DNA from: Candidatus Omnitrophota bacterium
GTDB lineage: Bacteria > Omnitrophota > Omnitrophia > Omnitrophales > Aquincolibacteriaceae
DNA: 64,000 nt
Assembly: GCA_023247035.1 (NCBI GenBank)
Contig: JAHFHG010000006.1
Coordinates: forward strand, 298 to 64,297
Reading direction: 5' to 3'
Program-made: the position numbers and the translations under genes
The notes under the pieces: model-generated
The model's database searches: none
What the model was told of the DNA's origin: nothing
What the model saw: the letters and a program-made list of their open reading frames with translations, nothing else
In this document: one piece after another, positions 54,833 to 64,000 of the stretch
Numbering within the stretch: the stretch's first letter is position 1
Layout of the letters: every line of letters begins with the position of its first letter

Positions 54833-55591
54833 ATGATTAACGCACAGTCCCTTACGATGCATTACGGAAGTTTTGTGGCGCTCGACCATGTTTCTTTTCA
54901 GGCGCGAGAAAAGGGAATCCTAGGGCTTCTGGGCCCGAACGGGGCCGGCAAGACCACGGCAATGCGCATTCTTACCACTTACCTTTATCCGACCTCGGGT
55001 ACCGCCACCGTGGATGGAATCGATATCCTTCAAAATCCGATTGAGGCCAGAAAACGGATCGGCTATCTTCCCGAGACCGCCCCGCTTTATTCGGATATGC
55101 AGGTCGAGGAATATCTCAAATTTGTCGGTCAGGCCCGGGGAATCGCAGGCGCGGCCTTGGAGGGCCGCATCGGCTGGGTCAAAGAGGCCTGCGGTGTCGG
55201 AGGCGTCTGGAAGCATACGATTTCCGAGCTTTCGAAAGGATACCGCCAGCGCGTGGGGCTGGCGCAAGCGCTCATCCACGATCCCAAAGTCTTGATCCTG
55301 GACGAGCCTACTTCAGGGCTTGATCCTCTTCAAATCATCGGCATCCGCGATCTCATCAAAGAACTTTCAAAAGAGAAAACGATTATTTTTTCCACGCACA
55401 TTCTTTCCGAAGTCGAAGCCATTGCCGACCGGATCGTCATTATCAATGAAGGGAAGATTGTTTCCCAGGGAACGCTCGCCGAACTCGCGGCGGAGGTGCG
55501 GTCGCGGGGTGAAGTCAAGCCGGGCCTGAGCCTGGAAGACGTTTTTATCGCGCTCCTCATGCCGAAAAGAAAAGAAAGAATAAAGGTGTAA
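54833..55591 (+). CDS. ABC transporter ATP-binding protein (GldA-like).
   Basis: Walker A 'GPNGAGKTT', signature 'LSKGYRQRVGLA' and Walker B 'LILDEPTSGLD'. Confidence 0.9.
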   Translation: MINAQSLTMHYGSFVALDHVSFQAREKGILGLLGPNGAGKTTAMRILTTYLYPTSGTATVDGIDILQNPIEARKRIGYLPETAPLYSDMQVEEYLKFVGQARGIAGAALEGRIGWVKEACGVGGVWKHTISELSKGYRQRVGLAQALIHDPKVLILDEPTSGLDPLQIIGIRDLIKELSKEKTIIFSTHILSEVEAIADRIVIINEGKIVSQGTLAELAAEVRSRGEVKPGLSLEDVFIALLMPKRKERIKV

Positions 55592-55596
55592 GGTTT

Positions 55597-58107
55597 ATGG
55601 GCGCCGTCCTTACGGTTTTCAAGCGGGAAATAGCGGCTTATTTTAACGTGGCCATTGCCTATATTTTCATTATTGTTTTTGTGCTCTTAAACGGCGGCCT
55701 TTTTATGACGCAATTTTTCATCATCGGCCTTTCGGATATGAGGCCTTTTTTTATCACGCTTCCTTTTATCCTTTCCGTTTTTCTGCCGGCCGTGACGATG
55801 AGGCTGTGGGCGGAAGAACGAAGAGGCAATACCTTAGAGCTGCTTCTTACATTCCCGATGGGGACCCACCAGCTTGTGATCGGAAAATTTTTGGCCGGCT
55901 TCGTATTTTACCTCGCCGCCCTTGCCGGCACTCTTGTGATTCCCTTGATGCAGGCGGTCCTCGGAAGGCCCGACGCAGGGATGATTTTCGGCGGCTATCT
56001 GGGCGCCGCGCTTTTAGGTTCTTTTTTTCTTGCGATCGGCATTTTTATTTCCGGCCTGTGCCGGGATCAGATTGTGGCCTTTATCCTGGCGATGATTGTT
56101 TGTTTCGGGTTACATTTATTAGGAACCGAATTTATGGCCTCCTCGATCGACGGCTGGATCCCGGGCCTTGGAAGTTTCCTGCGCCACTTTTTCGGCTCGT
56201 CCGGGCATTTTGAGTCCTTTGCCAAAGGGGTGGTCGATAACCGGGACGTGCTTTATTTTGCGATCGGGACGGCCATTTTTCTTGTTTTAAACGGATTTTG
56301 GCTCGAAGGCCGGATGAGGCCCGGGGCTAAAAAAATTTTTACGGCGGCCACGCTCATTTCAATCGGGATTTTTTTCTCCACCAACTGGCTTTTTTCCGGC
56401 ATCCCCCTCGGCCGCTTCGACCTTACGCAAGGAAACCTTTACACGATCTCGCCGGCCACGAAAAAGATACTCCGGGAGCTGAAGGCGCCGGTCACCGCTA
56501 AGTTTTACGTTTCCCCTTCGGATAAAATGCCGACCGGAATGAAGACGCTCGAACAGGACGTGATTGATAAACTCGATGAGTTGCGGATCGCCTCCAAAGG
56601 AAAATTCAATTATAAAATTTTTCATATGGAAGCCGCCAACATTGTTGAAGGCAAAGACCATGAAAAGCAAAAGGAGGAATCCCTCGAACAGCAGCTTCAA
56701 AGGAAAGGGATACAGCCTTTTCAGATCCGGGCGATTGAATCCGATGAGGTCGTGGTGCGGCTTGTGTACGCCGCGCTCAGCCTGGGATATAAAGAAAAGT
56801 CCGATGAAATGGTTCCCCGCATTACTCCGGATATGCTTAACGAGATGGAGTACCTGATCGCTTCGAAGGTCTACCGGATGACGCTGGCGCAAACGCCTAA
56901 ACTGGCTTTGGTCGCGCCGTATGAAGAAAAGAGCGTGGACCCGGAGTTGGCCGCGCTTCTTGCGCAGCTCGGCCAGCACGCTCCCGAGGGTTACCGCGAG
57001 GATCAATACGAACTTCTCCCCTTGGCCCTGGAATATGAAGGCTATCAGGTTTCCAGGATCCGTCTTACGGATAAAGATCCTATTCCGAAGGACACCAAGA
57101 CCCTTGTCCTGGTTGAGCCTGAAAACTTAACTGAGCGCCAGCGCTATGAAATCAACCGTTTCCTGCGCGGCGGCGGGTCGGTTTTTCTTGCCGTCCAGCA
57201 GTATATTTACAATTACGCCCCCTCGGGCAGAGAATTGGAGATTTTTCCCAAGAAAAATAATCCCGGAATCAACCCTCTTCTTTCCGCGTGGGGGTTTGAA
57301 GTGGATGAGCATATCCTTGTCGACGAACAGCACGACGTCATTAATATAAGCGGCGGCGCCCGGCTCGGCCCTTTTGAAGTTTCCGTTCCGGTGAAAGTTC
57401 CGATTCAAATTTTGATCACGGAAACGGGGATGAACCAGAATGTTTCGATCACCTCGCGGCTTTCGCCGATTTTTTATTTGTGGGGAACGGCGGTTAAAAT
57501 CAATGACGAAAAAATCAAATCTCAAAACGTGGAGGCCAAAACCCTTTTAAGTTCGAGCCCGCATTCCTGGACCGTTCCTTTTCAGCCCGGCGGCGTGTTA
57601 ACCCCCCGGCAGCTTCAGCTTCAGCCGGAAAGCCGGAAAGGGCCGCTGCCTGTGGCGGTTTTCGCTCAGGGACAATTTGCAGACGCGTTTGAAGGCAAGC
57701 CCGTGCCGGATTGGCCGCAAAAAAACAAGCCCGCCGAGGGGCAGCCGGCAGAAAAAGAAAACGCCGCTCCGCCGCCGGCGGCCATTACGCCTGCTCCCGG
57801 AAAGCTCATTTTGGCTGGCGCCGTGACATTTTTACAAAAGCAGTTGATTAAGAGCGGCGGGCATCTGAATTTCTTTTTGAATTCCGTCGATGCCCTTACG
57901 CTCGGCGATGAACTCGTCACGATCCGCTCCAAACAGCCGATCGACCGCTCGCTCGGGCGCGTCTCGGCGGCCTCGAAGGTGATCTGGCGGTTTTTCGTAA
58001 CCGTTTTTATCCCCCTTTGGATTGCCGTGATCGGAACCCTGCGGGTTTTCCTGAGAAAAAAGTCCAAACAAAATTATTTAAAAAACCTGGCCGCGGCCCG
58101 TTCTTAA
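55597..58107 (+). CDS. Fusion of an ABC-2 permease (GldF-like) with a GldG-like auxiliary domain.
   Basis: The N-terminal ~240 aa form a six-TM ABC-2 permease. The remaining ~590 aa are a periplasmic ABC_transp_aux/GldG-like domain with a C-terminal TM. Confidence 0.7.
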   Translation: MGAVLTVFKREIAAYFNVAIAYIFIIVFVLLNGGLFMTQFFIIGLSDMRPFFITLPFILSVFLPAVTMRLWAEERRGNTLELLLTFPMGTHQLVIGKFLAGFVFYLAALAGTLVIPLMQAVLGRPDAGMIFGGYLGAALLGSFFLAIGIFISGLCRDQIVAFILAMIVCFGLHLLGTEFMASSIDGWIPGLGSFLRHFFGSSGHFESFAKGVVDNRDVLYFAIGTAIFLVLNGFWLEGRMRPGAKKIFTAATLISIGIFFSTNWLFSGIPLGRFDLTQGNLYTISPATKKILRELKAPVTAKFYVSPSDKMPTGMKTLEQDVIDKLDELRIASKGKFNYKIFHMEAANIVEGKDHEKQKEESLEQQLQRKGIQPFQIRAIESDEVVVRLVYAALSLGYKEKSDEMVPRITPDMLNEMEYLIASKVYRMTLAQTPKLALVAPYEEKSVDPELAALLAQLGQHAPEGYREDQYELLPLALEYEGYQVSRIRLTDKDPIPKDTKTLVLVEPENLTERQRYEINRFLRGGGSVFLAVQQYIYNYAPSGRELEIFPKKNNPGINPLLSAWGFEVDEHILVDEQHDVINISGGARLGPFEVSVPVKVPIQILITETGMNQNVSITSRLSPIFYLWGTAVKINDEKIKSQNVEAKTLLSSSPHSWTVPFQPGGVLTPRQLQLQPESRKGPLPVAVFAQGQFADAFEGKPVPDWPQKNKPAEGQPAEKENAAPPPAAITPAPGKLILAGAVTFLQKQLIKSGGHLNFFLNSVDALTLGDELVTIRSKQPIDRSLGRVSAASKVIWRFFVTVFIPLWIAVIGTLRVFLRKKSKQNYLKNLAAARS

Positions 58108-58108
58108 G

Positions 58109-59494
58109 ATGAAACTCAAACAAGTCCTTATTTTGGGCGGTATTTTCATCCTCTTGATGCTCGGAGTTTTTATCAAGAATCTTCAGAAGCCTGCCGAGCT
58201 GGCTACCGAAGCTTATGTTCCTCTGAATCTCTCCTTGGACCGGGACAGGATTGCCAAGATCAAGATCGAAAAGGCGCCGGGCTCGAAAGAAAATCAAGAG
58301 CCGGCCGTCGCTTCCACGGAGCTTGTGAAGGAAAATGATCAGTGGAAGGTTGCCGCGCTTTCCAATGCGCGCGCGGACCAAAAGAAAATCGAAGACTTTC
58401 TGGCCGAGATCCATCAAGCCAAAGGCGAGCTGAGAGGAGAAGGGAAAGAACTTTTCGGTGATTTTGGGATTCAGGACGAAGGGACTTTTCACGTTCTTCT
58501 CCAGGACGCCGCGGGCGTCTCTATTTTGAATCTCGTTCTCGGCAATAAAAAAGCGGACGGTTCGATTTTTATCCGTAAAAAAGACCGCGAAGAAATTTAC
58601 CTGACCGAAGCCGATCTGTTCAGTCTGATGGGGATTTACGGCGATCCCGAAAACGAAACTCCGGATCCCCATTACTGGGCGGCGGCTGATCTTATTTCTA
58701 TAGATCCCGCGAAGCTCGAGCGTTTGGAAATCCGCCGTTTTAAGGCCGGCAAAGATATTTTGACGGCCAGCGTCGTGAAGGATCCCCAGGATAAAAAGTG
58801 GAAGTACGCGCGCCAGACGTCCCCTTTTTCTTTGGAACATGAAAAGGTTCGGCAATTTTTGACCGCGATGAAGAATACGAAGGCCCAAAAGGTATTGGAT
58901 CCTAAAGCGCAGGATTACGGATTCTCAAAGCCGGCCTGGCAGATGAAGCTGGGTCTTGAGGGCGGACAGGAAATTGTGGTGACGGCTGCGGCCGCCGATC
59001 CCAAAACGAATACTCATACTGTCCAAGTCTCTACCGAGCCGGCTGTTTTTCAGGTTGCAAAATACCAACTTGAAAATTTGGACATTGATGACAGCCGTTT
59101 TTTTGCGGACAATCCTTTCAAAGTGGAGGCCGGAAAGATCGAAAAACTCGTCGTCCGCGCGGGTAAAGCCCAGCTTTCTTTCAAGCCTAAAGAAAAAAAG
59201 TGGCAGGGTTTGGAAAATTATTTAAACGATCTGAAAAATTTCAAAGTCGAACGGCTTCTCTTTGACGCCGAAGAGCAGAAGAAAGTAAGCTCGCCGGGCG
59301 GATCCTGGATCGAGATTCAGCGCGAGGGCGAGCCTTTGCAAACGCTGGATGCCGGAGCCTTGATCTCGCAGGCGAGCAAAGAATACGCGGCTTTAAAACG
59401 CAATACCTTCCAGCCTTTCGCCATTTCAGAGTCTGTTTTCAAGCAGCTTTTCGAGAATTTGGAACGCCTCGCCGAGCCCAAGACGGCTGCTTAA
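58109..59494 (+). CDS. DUF4340-like periplasmic protein (companion of GldG-type transporters).
   Basis: N-terminal TM/signal anchor. It starts 2 bp after the GldFG gene, and its size and composition match the DUF4340 partners usually found there. Confidence 0.5.
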   Translation: MKLKQVLILGGIFILLMLGVFIKNLQKPAELATEAYVPLNLSLDRDRIAKIKIEKAPGSKENQEPAVASTELVKENDQWKVAALSNARADQKKIEDFLAEIHQAKGELRGEGKELFGDFGIQDEGTFHVLLQDAAGVSILNLVLGNKKADGSIFIRKKDREEIYLTEADLFSLMGIYGDPENETPDPHYWAAADLISIDPAKLERLEIRRFKAGKDILTASVVKDPQDKKWKYARQTSPFSLEHEKVRQFLTAMKNTKAQKVLDPKAQDYGFSKPAWQMKLGLEGGQEIVVTAAAADPKTNTHTVQVSTEPAVFQVAKYQLENLDIDDSRFFADNPFKVEAGKIEKLVVRAGKAQLSFKPKEKKWQGLENYLNDLKNFKVERLLFDAEEQKKVSSPGGSWIEIQREGEPLQTLDAGALISQASKEYAALKRNTFQPFAISESVFKQLFENLERLAEPKTAA

Positions 59495-59605
59495 GCTTGG
59501 AATAGCGGGAAATTTTTTTTGTGCCGCCCCCTATTCTTTCCAAAAACCGAGCGTCAACTCGCCGCAATACCGGGGATTTAAATCTCTAACCTCTTCAGGC
59601 GGCTC

Positions 59606-60370
59606 GTGAAAATAATGATCGCTTCAATGATTTTCTTTCCGGAAAAGGATTTTTATGAAACCCCCGAAGATTACGATTGCGTCTATGAGAACGTGTATCT
59701 TCAGGCCGAAGACGGCGTCCCTTTGTTTGGATGGTTTCTGACCGCCGCCGGGCCGGCCGCGAAAGGAACGCTTTTATTCACGCACGGCAATGCCGGCAAT
59801 ATTTCGAGCCGTTTGTATAAAGCGACGGGATGGATCAAACGCGGATTTTCCGTTTTTTTGATCGACTACCGCGGCTACGGAAAAAGCGGGGGAACGGTTC
59901 AAAATTCCAAAGATATTCTCCGGGACGCCCAGGCGGGTTTGAAGTGGCTCCGCGAAGAAAAAAAACTCCCGCTTTCGGAAATCATTTTATACGGGGAATC
60001 GCTGGGAACTTATCCGGCCATCCGGCTGGGAGCTGAAAATAGGGTCTTATCCGTTGTTCTGGAAGCTCCGTTTACTTCATTCCTGGATCTTGCCGGGATT
60101 CATTATCCTTATGTTCCTAAAGCGCTCATGAGGGATTTCGAATTTGAAAATGAAAAGTACGTTTCAGACCTCCAATCGCCTGTTTTTATCTTGCACGGCA
60201 AGCAGGACGAAATCTGCCCTTATACGATGTCCGAAACATTGTTCCAGAAAGCGCCCGAACCCAAAGAACTTTTTTGCGTCCGCAGCGGGACTCATAATGA
60301 TTTGGCGGCAAGCGCCGGGGAAGATTTTTGGCGGCGGCCCTGCGAATTTCTAATGCGGAATAAAAAGTAG
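59606..60370 (+). CDS. Alpha/beta hydrolase (soluble paralog of the gene at 30845-32050).
   Basis: 'LLFTHGNAGNISSR...LIDYRGYGKSGG' and the nucleophile 'YGESLGT'. Confidence 0.75.
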   Translation: MKIMIASMIFFPEKDFYETPEDYDCVYENVYLQAEDGVPLFGWFLTAAGPAAKGTLLFTHGNAGNISSRLYKATGWIKRGFSVFLIDYRGYGKSGGTVQNSKDILRDAQAGLKWLREEKKLPLSEIILYGESLGTYPAIRLGAENRVLSVVLEAPFTSFLDLAGIHYPYVPKALMRDFEFENEKYVSDLQSPVFILHGKQDEICPYTMSETLFQKAPEPKELFCVRSGTHNDLAASAGEDFWRRPCEFLMRNKK

Positions 60371-60377
60371 ATTTGGC

Positions 60378-62495
60378 TTAAGCCGCCTTCTTGAGAAGGC
60401 CTTGCCGAAGGTAAGACTCGCGGAGCCAATTTTCCAAGCGGTTCAGCATTTCTGACGTGAAAGCATTAAGCGAACTAAAACGGGGATCGGTGGATTCCAG
60501 AATCGGCCGCGCCAGCATCACTCCCGCGATCCGGATCGTTGGAATAAAGAGAATATTCCCATTCCGTTTGAGTTCCGGATACTCCGGACCCAGAACCGCG
60601 ACCAGATTGTTTTTCGCCTCCCTTGCCGCGGTTGCTTCTAAATTTTCTCCCGGGACCCTTTTTATGGCAGCGCTTACTCCAAGGATCTCGTCGGGAATGT
60701 TCTCAGAAGTGCCGCCCAGGAGGACGACGGTGTTTTCTTTTTTGGAGAAGATTTCACGAGTCCATAGAATCCTGGCGAACGGATTGTTCTTAAAAATTTC
60801 CGTGAGGTCGTTTTCTTTGATCAGATAGACGACCCGCCTTTTTCCTTCTTGAAGCTTCACGAGGTCCCGGAAAACCCCCCTTTGTTCTTCCTGCGAAAGG
60901 TTCTCGAAATTTAAATCCGCGGAGCCCGGCGTTTCAGACGCAGGAGCAGGAATAAATTTTTGAGGAAGGCCGGTTCCCGCCGCTACTTTTTTGGCTTCGG
61001 TAAGATTTTTATTTCTCTTGAATTCTAAAACTGCGAGAGGCAAACGGTCATCAAAACGATCAGCGACGTAATTCAGAGGAAAAGCCAGGGCATGAGCGTC
61101 CACAGGACCGATTTTTAATTTTTCGAAATAGACCGCCTCGTTCGGGGCTTCGCCGGCCAGGTCCGGAGTAATGACCAGATAAGAAATCCCCGCCTTCTCC
61201 AGCCGCTCGCTTAAGCCCTCGGTATGAAAGCCGCCGGTGACGACCGCGATATTCTGGCTCAGCTTGGGATTGCTCATTATTTTTTCGAAGAAGACAGCGT
61301 CTCTTTTCTTGGCGATTTCGTAGAAGCGCAGCCCCAAATTCAAGGCCTCGCCCAGGCCCTCTTTTTGGATGTCGCGATTCAGCGCTTCCGCCTCCGTTTG
61401 ATAAATTTTGAGATCGTCCGGAGCGGCCTGAAACAGAATGATTTTCTTGGCCAGTTCAAAGCGCCCGGCCCGTTGGTCCAGATTCTTTTCTTCCTCCTTC
61501 GTGACCAGCTTTTCCTTCACGCGGCCGATCACCTCATCCAATTGGGCGAAAAGGGCGCGGTGCAAGATATGATCCTGAATTTTCATGAGCTTCAGATATT
61601 TTTGAAGCTCGGGATAAAACTGGAGTTTTTCTGCGGGAACCTTGCCGCTTCTCAAGAGCTCTTCGAAGGAGAGGCGTTTGCTTTTATAAGCCTGAACCAG
61701 CCGGTTTCCTTCCGCCTTTAACTTTTCCTTGTTCAGCGATTTTTCCCCGCTCAGGGCGTTTTTCAGAAGGACAATCTGATCAAAAGGGGAAAGGTCGACG
61801 CCGAGCGCTTCGGTTTTCGAAATCAGGGCCGGCAAAAATTTTTCGGCCTTTTTCCCTTTTCGGAATTCTGAAAGGGCTTGATCGAAAATCCGGAAATCAG
61901 GGCTGAAAATTTTCTCTTTCAGCCGGTCCGTTTCCTGATCCGAGGCGGCGATTTGTTTGAGGATTTTTTCCCGTTTGGAGATGTGCTGCAGATAAATTTT
62001 CCGGTTCTCTTCGTAGAGTTTTCCGTCCTCAATTCCGATCAAGGTCATGGGCATTTTTGAAAACAGCGCGGCGTATCCCGGCCCGGTCAGATAGTGATCT
62101 TCGAGAAGGGCGCGCGCCAGCATTTGTTTCTCGGAGGAACCCGGCAGCGCCCAGCTTTTCGGAAGGCTTGTGGAGTGCCAGCTTCCCTCCACGGCCACAG
62201 TTTTGATTCCGTAAGCTGCGTTGAGCTGATCCAGAATGGCGGCGATATTTTCCTGGGCGGCAAAGTGGGCGTGCACATCCTGAATGTGGACCACCCATCG
62301 GGAACTTTTTCCCGGAGATCGCGTCTCGACTTTTCCCAGCGATTCAGAGATCGCGAGGCTGGACAGGTCAAGCGTGTTCTCCTGTGAAGCCTCAGCCTTT
62401 TCAGGGACGGGCGGGGCACCAAGGGCCCCGTAGGGCAGAGTGAGACAGGCCGCGGCGAGCAAGATAAGAAGGGAAACCCTGTATTTTAGGTTCAT
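60378..62495 (-). CDS. Secreted 705-aa protein, possibly of the Tiki/TraB/GumN/ChaN superfamily.
   Basis: Signal peptide. The N-terminal 'VVHIQDVHAHFAAQENIAAILDQL...VAVEGSWH' and the later 'IAVVTGGFHTEGL' resemble the paired conserved blocks of ChaN/TraB-like proteins. This is a low-confidence family call. Confidence 0.35.
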   Translation of the reverse strand: MNLKYRVSLLILLAAACLTLPYGALGAPPVPEKAEASQENTLDLSSLAISESLGKVETRSPGKSSRWVVHIQDVHAHFAAQENIAAILDQLNAAYGIKTVAVEGSWHSTSLPKSWALPGSSEKQMLARALLEDHYLTGPGYAALFSKMPMTLIGIEDGKLYEENRKIYLQHISKREKILKQIAASDQETDRLKEKIFSPDFRIFDQALSEFRKGKKAEKFLPALISKTEALGVDLSPFDQIVLLKNALSGEKSLNKEKLKAEGNRLVQAYKSKRLSFEELLRSGKVPAEKLQFYPELQKYLKLMKIQDHILHRALFAQLDEVIGRVKEKLVTKEEEKNLDQRAGRFELAKKIILFQAAPDDLKIYQTEAEALNRDIQKEGLGEALNLGLRFYEIAKKRDAVFFEKIMSNPKLSQNIAVVTGGFHTEGLSERLEKAGISYLVITPDLAGEAPNEAVYFEKLKIGPVDAHALAFPLNYVADRFDDRLPLAVLEFKRNKNLTEAKKVAAGTGLPQKFIPAPASETPGSADLNFENLSQEEQRGVFRDLVKLQEGKRRVVYLIKENDLTEIFKNNPFARILWTREIFSKKENTVVLLGGTSENIPDEILGVSAAIKRVPGENLEATAAREAKNNLVAVLGPEYPELKRNGNILFIPTIRIAGVMLARPILESTDPRFSSLNAFTSEMLNRLENWLRESYLRQGLLKKAA

Positions 62496-62670
62496 AAAAA
62501 TCCCGCAAAATTATACCCTGCCTTCTTCCAAAAGGCAAAGTTTCCCCTTTTGGCGAATTTGAAGGTTTGGATCGCCGAACACACCGACCGTCTTGCAGGG
62601 TAAGGAGCGTAGGTTCTGAACTTGAGGTCGTCAGATTTTTGCAGGCCCAGCCTATCCAGAAAACCTAAAT

Positions 62671-64000
62671 CTATTTCGTAAACTCGGCGGTGTTGTAGTA
62701 AAGCTGATATTGTGCACGCGTCTGGAGTCTATCATCTACCCAAACGATTGCCGAATGGCCGTTTTGATTGCAGCGTATGACGGCATATCTCGCATATGTA
62801 GTTCGCCCAGGGTCAACGGAATCTACCTGGGCACCAGCAGTTTCATATACCCATGTTTGTCCATAATCTTCCGATGCGTTCATATGAATATGGGCATCAG
62901 GGAAAGTCGAACTGGTAACTACATAAATTTTACCATTTCCGTCAGCGGCTAATCTTATCGCCAAATTCGCAGGGAGCCTGGGTGGTGTAATAATTGCAGT
63001 TGTAGAACCCCACGTAGTTCCGTAATCAGAAGATAAATTGAAACCTACGCGCTCATTGAAGAGTTCCCTGTCTCTCAGGGAAAACGCCACATAAACGTGT
63101 CCTTGATTATCAGTAGCTAAGAGGTCAGGAGCTTCAAACACATTCAAGGAAGAAAACCATACATCGAATAAGGGAGATTCGCCGATTATTTGATCTTCCT
63201 TCTGCCATGTTTGACCGCCATCAGGGGAACGATTTAAAGCTAATCGTTTGTTCCGTTGCGTCCATTCTTCCCAAGCAATATAAACCATTCCATTTTGATC
63301 AGAAGCCATTGCATAATCAATGTGTGTAATATTCGGCCCTGACGGGTAAAAGTTACGGTCAATTTGATTGGCAACCGACGGCCACGTTTCCCCATAATCC
63401 GTTGAACGTTTAAAATAAACATGAGACGGTCTTGTCGAAGCTGGCTTACTTATCCAAGCTAGATAAACAAGGCCGTCTCTTCCTAAGGCAAGGGCGGGAT
63501 GACGTGGATTATATGGAAAAGTAAATTTGGACAATTGAACATCTTGAGGCAGCCAAGTAGTTCCATAATCTAGGGAGCGGTTGAAGGCAAGGACGTTATT
63601 GACGTTATTTCTTTCCGGTTTTCCAATCCAAGCCACATAAACTCCTCCTTGGTTGTCACAGCGAAGAACAGGTTCGAAATTTTGGTAGTAAATTTGTTGA
63701 TTAATTCTCGTTGGAGTACTCCAGGACATTCCATAATTAAATGATACTGCAGAATAAAGTGAAGTATTCTGAGGGCTTGTCACTTTATCCCAAACCGAAA
63801 TAATGGTGCCTTTCTGCGGAGTACACATTACTGGCGAGCCGAGACCTTCATTATCTGGCGCACTATCAATAAGCACTTCATCTCCAATAGGTGATTCCAT
63901 CCAATAGGTCCTTGTTTTGATAAAATGCCCAGCGATCTTTCTCTCATGCCAAATTATGAAATCATAACCTTCGTTATCGCTGACTACTGACGCCTCAAAG
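62671..64000 (-). CDS. BNR/Asp-box repeat protein (sialidase-like beta-propeller). It is 5'-partial because the frame stays open to the window edge.
   Basis: Multiple S-x-D-x-G-x-T-W boxes ('SLDYGTTWL', 'STDYGETWP', 'SPDGGQTWQ', 'SSDYGTTWG', 'SEDYGQTWV'). There is no stop in frame between 63901 and 64000 on the minus strand. Confidence 0.8.
   Translation of the reverse strand, partial: FEASVVSDNEGYDFIIWHERKIAGHFIKTRTYWMESPIGDEVLIDSAPDNEGLGSPVMCTPQKGTIISVWDKVTSPQNTSLYSAVSFNYGMSWSTPTRINQQIYYQNFEPVLRCDNQGGVYVAWIGKPERNNVNNVLAFNRSLDYGTTWLPQDVQLSKFTFPYNPRHPALALGRDGLVYLAWISKPASTRPSHVYFKRSTDYGETWPSVANQIDRNFYPSGPNITHIDYAMASDQNGMVYIAWEEWTQRNKRLALNRSPDGGQTWQKEDQIIGESPLFDVWFSSLNVFEAPDLLATDNQGHVYVAFSLRDRELFNERVGFNLSSDYGTTWGSTTAIITPPRLPANLAIRLAADGNGKIYVVTSSTFPDAHIHMNASEDYGQTWVYETAGAQVDSVDPGRTTYARYAVIRCNQNGHSAIVWVDDRLQTRAQYQLYYNTAEFTK

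Noticed and set aside
1-64000. CRISPR arrays, rRNA genes, tRNA genes, integrases and transposases.
   Set aside because: I found no direct-repeat/spacer periodicity, no rRNA-like conserved stretches, no tRNA T-arm signatures in the intergenic regions, and no recombinase or transposase motifs in any ORF.

Overview
This 64-kb window is a bacterial chromosomal segment of about 52% GC with no rRNA, tRNA or CRISPR that I could find. I can tell which lineage only loosely (possibly PVC or a candidate phylum). It splits into an accessory-like left part and a housekeeping right part.

Left part (1-33 kb), in order:
- A large protein (at least 1060 aa, 5' end probably beyond the window) with an N-terminal nucleotidyltransferase-fold motif, followed by a tandem receiver protein.
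- A lipoprotein alpha/beta hydrolase.
- A minus-strand pair: a secreted protein fusing a neutral-ceramidase-like domain to an Ntn-hydrolase (acid-ceramidase/C45-like) domain, then a secreted S8 subtilase with a C-terminal PD40 beta-propeller.
- Divergent from that pair: a small lipoprotein, a TPR + beta-barrel outer-membrane protein, a FecR-like secreted protein, a CHASE2 histidine kinase with a CheY-only regulator, a GH144-like (alpha/alpha)6 hydrolase carrying a CBM9-like domain, and an XRE-cupin regulator.
- A TolC-first efflux operon (outer-membrane protein, adaptor and two tandem RND permeases) followed by a membrane protein with only a HAMP domain.
- An AT-rich two-gene islet (TM-anchored alpha/beta hydrolase, DUF4239-like membrane protein) flanked by unusually long non-coding stretches.

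Right part (34-64 kb):
- nusA-infB-rbfA-nrnA-truB-ribF. It lacks rimP and has a promoter plus intrinsic terminator immediately before nusA.
- Split transketolase, gamma-glutamyltranspeptidase, a NUDIX hydrolase and a YdiJ-like FAD/Fe-S oxidase fusion.
- surA-pdxA-rsmA, an HI0933-family flavoprotein, an orphan YopX-like phage gene, an SDR and a BI-1/YccA protein.
- A GldA/GldF-GldG-like ABC transporter with a DUF4340 protein, another alpha/beta hydrolase, a Tiki/ChaN-superfamily secreted protein and a 5'-partial BNR (sialidase-like) protein.

Three intergenic repeat families stand out:
- A structured element of about 100 bp with TTTTGAC/GTCAAAA arms, placed before two regulator genes.
- A hairpin with compensatory stem changes followed by CATTCCCG, placed before ggt and the BI-1 gene.
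- A recurrent AACATTCA(A/G) box upstream of five plus-strand genes.

The candidates most likely to be new biology are the dual-ceramidase-fold fusion, together with the secreted-protease/envelope-signalling neighbourhood around it, and the giant NTase protein with its receiver partner. Everything here is motif-level reading of the sequence, with no database search.
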